Shown here in pieces: positions 9,183-18,103 of a stretch of DNA of 64,000 bases; within the stretch, counting starts at the first letter, position 1; each line of letters begins with the position of its first letter. A program made the position numbers and the translations under genes. The stretch lies in assembly GCA_000092065.1 (NCBI GenBank), contig CP000593.1. One strand, 5' to 3'. A model generated the notes under the pieces. The model was not told the origin of the DNA. It did no database searches and saw only the letters and a list, made by a program, of their open reading frames with translations. This stretch comes from Ostreococcus lucimarinus. Lineage: Eukaryota.

Positions 9183-10633
9183 TCATCGCTTGCGCATGTT
9201 CACGCCCGCTCTGAGAACCTCATCCGTGCAGAGTAACTGCGTGGCGATGATGGGCGCAGAGTGCAGAATTTGCTGTTTGACGAGAAAGTTGTCGTAGATA
9301 CCACTCATGGTGGGGTCGAAGGGCTCGCCGATGCTGATATCGAAACCGACGACGTTGCCTCTGTCGTGCTCCTCTTGCATGTCGATGATGGCGTCTTGCG
9401 GATCGTAACCGCTGTTCTCCGCGAGTGTCTTCGGGACCACGAGCATGGCTTCCGCAAACGCCTCGACGCCGCGTTTCGCGCGACCTTCGACCATCTTGGT
9501 GACGTTCTCCTTCAAGTGCTTGTTCAAGGCCATCTCAAACGCACCCGCGCCCGGAACCACGGCCTTGTCGGTCAACACATTCTTCACCGCCCGCAAGCCA
9601 TCTCGCACCGCATCCTTGAGCTGTGCGATGGTGTGATCGTTCGAGCCTTTTAAAAGTACCGTGCACGACGTCGGGTTGACGACTTTTTCCACAAAAGTGT
9701 ACTTTTCCTCGCCCAAGACGTACTCGTACACTTCGCCGGCGTGGCCCAAAATTTCCGGCGAGAGTTCCTCAACAGAGTTGATGCATTGACCACCACATGC
9801 GAGGACGAGACGCTCCATGTTTCGGCGCTTGGCGCGACGAAGTCCCATAATGCCTTCCTTACAGAGCATGTCCAGAGAGATTGGGTCGATCCCCTTTTGT
9901 GTGATGACGACGAAACCCTTGTCGTTGCCGTCGCACACCTGCTTCTTGAGCGCGATCACCTTGCGCACGGTTTCATCGGTGTACGCGCGCTCGGCGGCGA
10001 CCATCTTCTCGCGCTGTTCCGCATCGGTGTACATGAACGTCGAGTTCACCTCCGATCGTTCGTATTCCAGGCTGATGTTACACGTCAACACGAACGCGTC
10101 CTCCACGTATCTCTTCATATCCGGATGTCTCGCCCCGTGGTCGAGGACCAAACCCTGAATCAATTTGGTTTCGTCATCCGTCTGATGCTTCATGGTCATG
10201 ATCTCCACCATGTGCAAATCGATCGACTCTTCCGGTTTGGCGATGCACAACACAGCGTCGACGACGATCGTCGTCAACTTATCAGCCAACTCTTCCCGCA
10301 ACTTTGTTCGCAACGCCGTGCGCGCCACGCACAACAACATTTCTCGATCCGGCGCTTCCACACCCGGCGCCGCGCGCTTGAACGTTTCCAAAAACTTCAG
10401 CGACTCGCGTTTCGCCACATCGAATCCCTCCACGATCACTCTCGGATGCAAACCCTCATTCAAATACCGCTCCGCTTGCTTCAACAACTCTCCGATGACG
10501 AGCACCGTCGTCGTCGTCCCGTCCCCGGTGATATCATCCTGCGCCACCGCCGTCCTCGCGATCATGATCGCCGTCGGGTTTTGAATCTGCATCTCTCTCA
10601 GCAGCACGTTCCCATCCTTCGTGAGCTTCAAAC
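9183..10633 (-). CDS. CCT6: T-complex protein 1 subunit zeta (CCT6), exon 2
   Basis: ...[21 protein letters not shown]...[17 protein letters not shown]...[15 protein letters not shown]...VPGAGAFE... aligns end-to-end with CCT-zeta. It joins exon 1 through a CAG acceptor with the motif tgcgtag|GTTTGAAG. Confidence 0.9.
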
Positions 10634-10796
10634 CTACGCACATCGATTTCAACATCGCCGTCAGTCGTTCGGTCAACAGAGTCAACGCCGCGCCGCGTTC
10701 GCGCGAAATCCAACAGATCACCGTCACCGCGCATCTCTCACGCGCCGCCGTGACGCGCGAAACCGCGATGTATCGACGAAACGATCGTACACGCAC
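10634..10796 (-). other. CCT6: Intron of CCT6 (163 nt, phase 1)
   Basis: The donor is GGAG|GTGCGTGT. An ACTGAC branch-like motif lies ~30 nt before the acceptor tgcgtAG. Splicing joins ...KMLVDGAGG to LKLTKDG..., exactly as in CCT-zeta orthologues. The summed exon lengths, 154 + 1451 = 1605 nt, are divisible by 3. Confidence 0.85.
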
Positions 10797-10950
10797 CTCC
10801 AGCACCGTCGACGAGCATCTTGATCGTCCCTTTCGGGCCTAAATTCGTCTTCATCACGTCTTGGAGACCCTTGGCGGCGTTGATGTTCATGAACAGCGCG
10901 GCATCGGCGTTCATGAGCTCGGCGTTGGGGTTGATGGACTTGAGCGACAT
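10797..10950 (-). CDS. CCT6: T-complex protein 1 subunit zeta (CCT6), exon 1
   Basis: [52 protein letters not shown] is the conserved CCT-zeta N-terminus. The reading frame breaks after this point unless the intron is removed. Confidence 0.9.
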
Positions 10951-11208
10951 CGCGACGGCGTGGGATCACGTTCACGCGCGCGTGTGCGCGTCCAAAGGGA
11001 GATCGATGCGCGCGTGCGTCGTGGACGCGTCGCGATCTGATGCCGACCAAAGTCATCCATCCAAAGTCGCCATTCGCGAGTCCAGCGGCGGTTCGCGATT
11101 TTGACCGTGGCCCCGACGCCGGCGCGGTCGGTCGATTCGGCGCGCGGTGGCTAAAATTAAAAGGGCTACTTTTAGGTTTGGATAGTGCGTGGAACGAGGC
11201 GCGAGCGG

Positions 11209-12465
11209 TCACTTGATGTCGCAAAAATCGACGTCGCCGGCTTCGCCAGAGTACGATACGTGGAGCTCGAGCTCGGGATTCGCGATGTGGAGCATCATTT
11301 TGACCACGGCGCACTCGCTGGTCATGACCGGGCCAGATTTGGCCCCTACGGCTAACGCGCCGAGACCGGCGGCGTAGAGCTCCGGTCGTAATTCGCCGCT
11401 TTGACACTGCGTCGATAGGTAGATTTGCAATCCGCGCGACGCTTGGCTGGTGAGCCAAGGGACGAGGCTCTGCGGGAAGTTTCCCACGCCGAACGCTTCC
11501 AAGATGATGCCTCGCACGCCTCGACCGTACAAATCGCCGTACGCCTTTTCGATGTCTAAGCCAGGAATCACCGGGACGCGTATGACGTTCGAATTCAACT
11601 CAAATTGCGGCGCGTACTCTGGCGCCGGCCGTAACAAACGCGCGTGGTTCCAATCGACCCCCACTCCTAATCTCGCGAGCGCTGGATACGAAGGTGAACT
11701 AAACGCCGCGTACACCGTCGCGCTCGTCTTTGACGCGCGATTCCCGCGTAAAAGCTTACCGCCGAAACAAATCGCCACCTCCGCGAAATCCACGGTACCT
11801 CCGCAGCTTCGACTCGCGCAACAGCACGTCAGGGCGTCAATCAAATTTTGGCGCGCGTCCGATCGCGCGAACGACAGAGGCAACTGCGAGCCCGTCAACA
11901 CGATCGGCTTTCCGAACCCAACCAGCATCAACGACAGCGCGCTCGCCGCGTACGCCATCGTATCCGTTCCGTGCGCCACGACGAACGCCGAGTACTCCTC
12001 CCTCCTCTCGTGCAGCGCCCGCGCGAGCGTCACCCAATCCTTTCCGTCCATCTCGCTCGAGTCTTTATTCATCAACACCTCCACGTCCAGCCGCGCGAAA
12101 TCTCGCAGCTCGGGTATCACCTCCTGCACGTCCAACAGATATTTCGACGCCCCCAGCGGTCTGTACTTGCCACCCGCGCGCGGGACGACGTCCGCCTCTC
12201 GCAGCTCGAACGACTCCACCCCCATCCCGAGCGTGCCGCCGCAGTGGAGCAGCATCACGCGCGGTCGCTCGTCGTCGCCCGTCGTCGCGCTCGCGGAGGC
12301 ATCGCGCGCGCGCGCGAGCGATTTCACCGGCGACGCGCGCGAGTCGGGCACCGACGCGACGAACGCGTCGTAGCTCTCGCTTCGCGGGATCGCGCCGGGC
12401 GCGAACGGCATGGACACGCGCGACGCGTCGCGTCGCTCGCTCGCGACGTCGGGCGCGCGCGACAT
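11209..12465 (-). CDS. L-asparaginase (type I, AnsA/lysophospholipase-N-like)
   Basis: RVMLLHCGGTLGM...AFVVAHGTDTMAYAASALSLML...GKPIVLTGSQLPL...GVRGIILEAFGVGN matches the asparaginase threonine-motif region and fold. Confidence 0.8.
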   Translation of the reverse strand: MSRAPDVASERRDASRVSMPFAPGAIPRSESYDAFVASVPDSRASPVKSLARARDASASATTGDDERPRVMLLHCGGTLGMGVESFELREADVVPRAGGKYRPLGASKYLLDVQEVIPELRDFARLDVEVLMNKDSSEMDGKDWVTLARALHERREEYSAFVVAHGTDTMAYAASALSLMLVGFGKPIVLTGSQLPLSFARSDARQNLIDALTCCCASRSCGGTVDFAEVAICFGGKLLRGNRASKTSATVYAAFSSPSYPALARLGVGVDWNHARLLRPAPEYAPQFELNSNVIRVPVIPGLDIEKAYGDLYGRGVRGIILEAFGVGNFPQSLVPWLTSQASRGLQIYLSTQCQSGELRPELYAAGLGALAVGAKSGPVMTSECAVVKMMLHIANPELELHVSYSGEAGDVDFCDIK

Positions 12466-12550
12466 CGCGTCGCGAAGTGCGCGAGGCGTCGGTCGGCGAA
12501 GCCAATCGTCGTTTCGAGGCGCCCTCGCGCGAGGACGCGTTGCAAACGGC

Positions 12551-12580
12551 TACGCTACGCTACGCTACGCTACGCTACGC
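12551..12580. repeat. (CTACG)n pentanucleotide microsatellite in the intergenic/5' region
   Basis: ctacgctacgctacgctacgctacg lies between the asparaginase start and the carrier gene's 3' end. Confidence 0.6.
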
Positions 12581-13567
12581 GACGGGATCGTCGTTTAATA
12601 CGCCTAAAACGCCCTCGTACGCGGCGAACGTGATGGCCGAACTCGGTAACACGCGAACGACGTTGGGGGCGAAGCCCTTGTAGAAGCCGCGAACGCCCTC
12701 GCGAGCGAAGGTGCGCGAGACGGCTTCGCCGAAGCGCGCGTACGTCGGGGCGTCCGCGGGTCTACCGACGTCCGAGCGCTGTTGAATGCGCGCGCGCACG
12801 ACTTGAATTGGATAAGTCGCGGTCACGGCGATGAATTTCGACGCCAAGCCCAGGGCGCCAGCCTCGACCGGGGCGACGTCCGCCGCGCCCCCTCGCGCGC
12901 GTCTCGCTCTGCCGCTCGCCGCGATTTCCTTCAACCACTCGTACGCCGTCAACTGTATCGAACCGTGCGAGACGAGCCATATCGACGGCACGAGTCCCTT
13001 GTATAACCCTCTCAACCCTTCCTTTCGCGCGATCGTCGCCAACGCGTCGACGAATCCCGCGTATCGCTTTTCGCCGCTCTTCGCCGCTTCGCTCGCCGCG
13101 TCCCCTAATCCTCCTCCTCTCTGCAACTGCAACCGCGTCTTCACCACCCAAATCGGGTTCGTCAGCACCGTCGTCACCACCCCCGCCTCCGTGGCCGCCA
13201 TCATGTTCGCGCCCGCCGGCAGCGCCCCGTTTCGCTCTCGTCCGAGCGCGTCCGCGTACCGCGCCCGCGCGCCGTCGTACCACGCGAAATACGCCCCCCA
13301 GCTCACCGCGCTCCCGACGATCGCCGGCGCGGCGCCCGCGTAGATCCCGCGCGCGCCTTCCTCGGCGACGATCCGTCGCGCGCCTCGCCACGCGCCCGCG
13401 TACCGCGCGCGTCGCGCGTCCGGGTCGTCCTGCACCTGCAGCCGCGTCTTCACGACGTCGAGCGGGTGCAGCGCGAGCGTGCTCGACGCGCCGCCCGCGA
13501 CGCCGGCGACGAACGCGCGCCAATCGCTCGCGCGCGCGTCGCGCGCGTCGGCGCGCGCGCGCGCCAT
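12575..13567 (-). CDS. Mitochondrial carrier family protein (folate/FAD/NAD+ transporter-like, SLC25A32/Flx1-like)
   Basis: Three carrier repeats are present, including HPLDVVKTRLQVQ. The ATG at 13567 starts MARARADARDARASDWRAFVAGVAGG..., and the ORF opens upstream at 13624 with GTG. Confidence 0.8.
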   Translation of the reverse strand: MARARADARDARASDWRAFVAGVAGGASSTLALHPLDVVKTRLQVQDDPDARRARYAGAWRGARRIVAEEGARGIYAGAAPAIVGSAVSWGAYFAWYDGARARYADALGRERNGALPAGANMMAATEAGVVTTVLTNPIWVVKTRLQLQRGGGLGDAASEAAKSGEKRYAGFVDALATIARKEGLRGLYKGLVPSIWLVSHGSIQLTAYEWLKEIAASGRARRARGGAADVAPVEAGALGLASKFIAVTATYPIQVVRARIQQRSDVGRPADAPTYARFGEAVSRTFAREGVRGFYKGFAPNVVRVLPSSAITFAAYEGVLGVLNDDPVA

Positions 13568-14181
13568 GCTGCGGCGTCCGCCGCGCGGGCCGTCGAGGCT
13601 GGGCGGCGTTCTGCTGATACTCACACTGTTTACCCATACGAAGACACATACTCTTGAGTCATGAACCGTCGACGAAACGCACGCGTCGACGCATCCTCGC
13701 GAAGACCCCAGGACGGCGGCGGCGCCATTCTTCGACGGTCAAAGGTGCGCCCGCGCGCGGCGAACGACGCGCGCGCGACGGCGATCGACGGACGCGGCGG
13801 TGGGAAATATTCGCGCGCGTCGCGGCGCGCGCGCGAGGGCGCGCGACGACGCGAGGGCGAGGCGATGCGGGCGCCGCGCGATCGATCGCGGACGACGATC
13901 GATCGCGGACGGCGCGCGGACGACGATCGGACGCGGTGACGCCGCGATGCGACGCGCGAGGCGTCGGTCGCGGATGGAAACGATCGGGAGGAATACGCGC
14001 GCGATGGATCGGGCGGCGCGGGACGCGCGCGAGGGTCGCGAGCGAGGGGGGGGGGCGAGGTTGACGATCGCGATCCGATGGCGGCGCGATGGCGGGAGGT
14101 TTGGACGCGGGACGAGGCGAGACGAGAGGAAGGGGGACTGACGATGCGCGCGTGGCTCGAAACAGTTGAAATAAACGCACA

Positions 14182-15585
14182 ATGTCTGAAGGCAAGGAAC
14201 ATCTTTCCATCGTGATCTGCGGTCACGTCGATTCCGGTAAGTCGACGACGACCGGTCGCTTGTTATTCGAGCTCGGGGGTATCCCGGAGCGCGAACTCGA
14301 AAAGCTTCGCGCCGAAGCCGATGCGCTCGGTAAGTCTTCTTTCGCGTTCGCGTTCTACATGGATCGCCAAAAGGAAGAGCGTGAGCGTGGTGTGACGATT
14401 TCTTGCACGACCAAGGAATTCTTCACGGACAAGTGGCACTACACCATCATCGACGCCCCGGGTCACCGCGATTTCATCAAGAACATGATTTCCGGCGCGG
14501 CGCAAGCCGATGTGGCGCTTCTCATGGTGCCGGCGGACGGTAACTTCACGGTCGCCATCCAAAAGGGTAACCACAAGGCTGGTGAAGTCCAAGGCCAAAC
14601 GCGCCAGCACGCGCGTCTTCTCAACTTGCTCGGCGTCAAGCAGCTCATTTGCGGCATCAACAAGATGGATTGCGACATGGCTGGCTACAAGCAAGAGCGT
14701 TACGAAGAAATTCGCAACGAAATGAAGAACATGTTGATCAAGGTCGGCTGGAAGAAGGATTACGTCGAGAAGAGCGTCCCGGTCCTCCCGATCTCTGGCT
14801 GGAACGGCGACAACTTGTTGTCCAAGTCCGCGAAGATGCCGTGGTGGAACGGCGTCGACGTCGAAGACTACATGGGCGGCGGCAAGAAGTTCCACATCGA
14901 CTGCCTCCTCAACGTCCTCAACGACATGGTCGACAAGCCGGACCGCAACACGGAAGCCGCCATGCGCCTTCCGATTTCCGGTGTCTACAAGATCAAGGGT
15001 GTCGGTGATGTCCTCGCCGGTCGCGTCGAGCAAGGTCTCGTCAAGCCGGGTGAAGACGTCGTCTTCCTCCCGACCCACACCTCCTCCAACCCGTGCGGTG
15101 GTAAGGTGTTCACCGTCGAAATGCACCACAAGCGCGTCGAAGCCGCCGCGCCGGGTGACAACGTCGGTATGAACATCAAGGGTCTCGACAAGCTCAACAT
15201 GCCGCGCACCGGTGACGTGATGATCTACAAGAAGGACACCTCCCTCGCCCCGTGCAAGGAGTTCACCGCGCAAATCCAAACCTTGGACATTCCGGGTGAA
15301 CTCAAGGCGGGCTACAGCCCCATCGGTTTCGTCCGATGCGGCCGCTCCGCGTGCAAGTTGACCGCGCTCAACTTCAAGGTTGGCAAGGAAACCGGCGGTA
15401 AGAAGCTCGAGTCCCCGATGTCGTTGAAGTCCAACGAAGTCGCCGAGTGCGTCTTCGAGCCGGTCCACCCGCTCGTCGTCGACTCCTTCAAGAAGTGCGA
15501 AGGTCTTTCCCGCATCGCTTTCTTGGACGGTAACACCGCCGTCATGTTGGGTAAGATCACCAAGGTTGAGTACAAGGCCATCTAA
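14182..15585 (+). CDS. EFL: Elongation factor-like GTPase EFL (EF-1alpha paralogue)
   Basis: MSEGKEHLSIVICGHVDSGKSTTTGRLLFELGG... contains the G1-G4 motifs. The sequence diverges from canonical EF-1alpha in the EFL-typical way. The ATG has an aaacgcacaATG context. Confidence 0.9.
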   Translation: MSEGKEHLSIVICGHVDSGKSTTTGRLLFELGGIPERELEKLRAEADALGKSSFAFAFYMDRQKEERERGVTISCTTKEFFTDKWHYTIIDAPGHRDFIKNMISGAAQADVALLMVPADGNFTVAIQKGNHKAGEVQGQTRQHARLLNLLGVKQLICGINKMDCDMAGYKQERYEEIRNEMKNMLIKVGWKKDYVEKSVPVLPISGWNGDNLLSKSAKMPWWNGVDVEDYMGGGKKFHIDCLLNVLNDMVDKPDRNTEAAMRLPISGVYKIKGVGDVLAGRVEQGLVKPGEDVVFLPTHTSSNPCGGKVFTVEMHHKRVEAAAPGDNVGMNIKGLDKLNMPRTGDVMIYKKDTSLAPCKEFTAQIQTLDIPGELKAGYSPIGFVRCGRSACKLTALNFKVGKETGGKKLESPMSLKSNEVAECVFEPVHPLVVDSFKKCEGLSRIAFLDGNTAVMLGKITKVEYKAI

Positions 15586-15685
15586 AGCCTTTGCTTCTTG
15601 ATCTTAGCGGTATAGAGTCCCAGTGAGAAAATACGTCGTACCATACTTTTGTGTTCAACGAACGAATGTGATCCTAAAATAAAGT

Positions 15686-15690
15686 TGTAA
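15686..15690 (+). promoter_or_regulatory. TGTAA poly(A)-signal-like motif downstream of EFL
   Basis: TGTAA lies in the AT-rich 3' flank ~100 nt after the stop at 15585. Confidence 0.4.
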
Positions 15691-15766
15691 CGAGAGACGC
15701 ATTCAAATTTTCGCCGAAAACAACCTCGAATTCAACATCAAATTAAAACACGTAAATCTACGCCGC

Positions 15767-17537
15767 CTACTTGGAAATCTTTGCACACGCGCGTTCGAGC
15801 CACGTTTTAGTCTCCCCCGACACTCGCGGGGAAATTTGTTGCCAAACTTTTTCGTGATACGCGTTCACCCACGCGATTTCTTTTTCACTCATAATGCTCA
15901 AGTCCATGAGTTTCGTTTGAATCGGGATCAACGTCAAGACGTCAAAGCATAAAAATCCAGTGTCTCCGAAGTTGTGCGCAGTCTTCGCCTCCTTCACTTG
16001 CAGAAGCGTCTCGATGCGGATACCGAACGCACCGTCTTCGTAATACCCCGGCTCGTTGCTCAAGATCATTCCTGGCATAAGGGGCGTCATGTTTCCAAAA
16101 CGCGGAGAGATTCCTTGCGGACCTTCGTGCACGTTGAGCGCCGCGCCGACGCCGTGGCCGGTGCCGTGACGGTAATCCAAGCCGTTGGCCCACAGGTGCG
16201 ATCGCGCAAAGGCGTCGAGAACGAAACCTTTCGTGCCGACAGGGAAAACCATTTGGTCGAGTGCGATGTGACCTTGGAGCACGCGCGTGTAGCACTCCTT
16301 TTGATGAGCGGTGGGCGTTCCGAAGTGCACCGTTCGAGTGACATCCGTCGTGCCACACGCGTACTGGCCGCCGCTGTCGCAGAGTAATAAGCTGTCCTTA
16401 CCGATAGCCCTCGCGCTCTTTTTCGAAGCACGGTAGTGCACCACGGCGCCATGAGGACCTTCACCCGCGATCGTCGGGAACGATTCTTCGAAGAAACCGT
16501 TTTGCTTGGCTCGGCACGCCAAGACCCTCTCGCCAGCTTCGTACTCGTCAATGGCGCGCCCCTCGGCGACGTCTCGCTCGATCGCGCACCAGAATTCAGC
16601 CATCGCAGCGCCATCCATGAGGTGGGCTTCGACCATACCGGCCATCTCGGCCTCATTCTTCACCGCCTTTGCGATCGGGACCGGACACGTGCCCTCCTTG
16701 ATGGCGGACGGCGCGCTCTCCGTCTTCACCTTTTTCGCATCCTTGGGCGCTTCGGCGGCTCCGGCTTCAGCCTGTTCGAGCATGGCGATGGAGACCTTAT
16801 CGACGTCCATCCAGAGTCGCTCACCGCGCTGTGCCGCGGCATACACGTCTTTGGCCATGTCTTCGTACGGCTTGATCGTCACGTTTGCCTCGGCGAGATG
16901 CGCCACGACTTCAGGCGTCGCCTTGTCCGTGTCGACGTAAAACGAAGCGTCGTTTTCACCCACCAAGACGTAAGACAACGTCACCGGATTACACGGTGCA
17001 TCACCGCCTCGAACATTGCATAGCCACATGACGTCATCCAACGAGCTCACGACGAGCTTCTGCGCGTCGTTTTCCTTCATTTTTTCTCGAAGGTTTTCCA
17101 ATTTTTCCGCCACGCTCTTCCCCGCGTACTCCATCGGGTGCACTCTGAGCGGCGTCTTCGGGAACGGTGGACGATCGCTCCAAACCAAATCTACCAAGTT
17201 CTCTTCGACGCTCATCAACTCGATCCCGCACGCGCTCAACGCTTCTCTCAAACCTCGCGCCTCGCTCACCGAGTGCACGTTTGGATCGATGCCCACCTTG
17301 GCTCCGGTAAACGCCAGTCCCGCCTCCTCCGCGCACAACCACTTCTTCACGTCCGGCACATCCTTCACCCCACTTCGCATCAGAGTCCAGTCCTCGCTCA
17401 GCTCGTCTTCAGCCTGCACGAAATACCGTCCATCCGTCCACAACAACGCCGCCGCGTCCGTCACCACCACCGTCCCCGCCGACCCCGTAAAATCGCTCAA
17501 CCATCGTCGTCGCTCGAAGCACGCCGCCACGTACTCA
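15767..17537 (-). CDS. Xaa-Pro aminopeptidase (aminopeptidase P, M24B), exon 2
   Basis: SEYVAACFERRRWLSDFTGSAGTVVVTD...HGTGHGVGAALNVHEGPQGI...NEPGYYEDGAFGIRIETLL aligns with APP1/XPNPEP1 from residue ~40 onward. The ORF track begins it at an in-frame GTG, and no in-frame ATG lies upstream before a stop. Confidence 0.85.
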
Positions 17538-17641
17538 CTGCGTTCCCCACAAAAACACGCCCTCGCCCGTTCGTCAGTCTTTCCCGTCGCGCGCGTCGTC
17601 GTTCCTCGTTTCGTTCGTTCGCCTTCGCTTCGCCGACGCGC
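17538..17641 (-). other. Intron of the aminopeptidase P gene (104 nt, phase 2, apparent GC-AG)
   Basis: Exon 1 ends ...CCG CAC TTT AG| and is followed by gcgcgtcgg. Exon 2 begins after ...ggggaacgcag|T GAG TAC. ACTGAC lies ~45 nt before the acceptor. Splicing gives PSQDPHF-S-EYVAAC, aligning with human PSGDAHQSEYIAPC. No GT donor is available in the required phase. Confidence 0.55.
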
Positions 17642-17751
17642 CTAAAGTGCGGATCCTGCGACGGCACGACGACCGCTCGCACCCCTCGCTTCGCCATCGC
17701 CTCTCGCACCGCCGCGAGCTTCGACGCGTTCGAGCGTTCGCCCGTCGTCAT
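17642..17751 (-). CDS. Xaa-Pro aminopeptidase, exon 1
   Basis: MTTGERSNASKLAAVREAMAKRGVRAVVVPSQDPHF matches the APP N-terminus, compare human ...LRQLRQAM...AYIIPSGDAHQ. An alternative upstream ATG at 17880 would add an organellar-like presequence. Confidence 0.6.
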
Positions 17752-18103
17752 GCTCGCTCGCTCGGCGATCGCGGCGTCGCGCGCGCGGGTCGTCGTTTTG
17801 AGTTTTCGAGCGGCGAGGCGACGCGATGACGTCGGCGTTCTCGCGGCGACGCGCGCGGCGACGAGACGCGCGGCGCGCATGCACGATTCGAACGCGCGCG
17901 TCGGTCGCGTCGGTCGCGTCGGTCCGTCCGTCGAGCCGGTGGCGCGCGCGGGAGTGACGACCGAGGCGCGCGCGGTCGACGCGCGTCGGTTGAATCGAAC
18001 GGCTGGTTGGTTCACGATTTCAAGCTTTACGACCGGGCGACGCGCCGCGAGACGATTCGGAACGCCGACGCCGTTCGAGGGCGACGACGACGACGCGGAC
18101 CGA

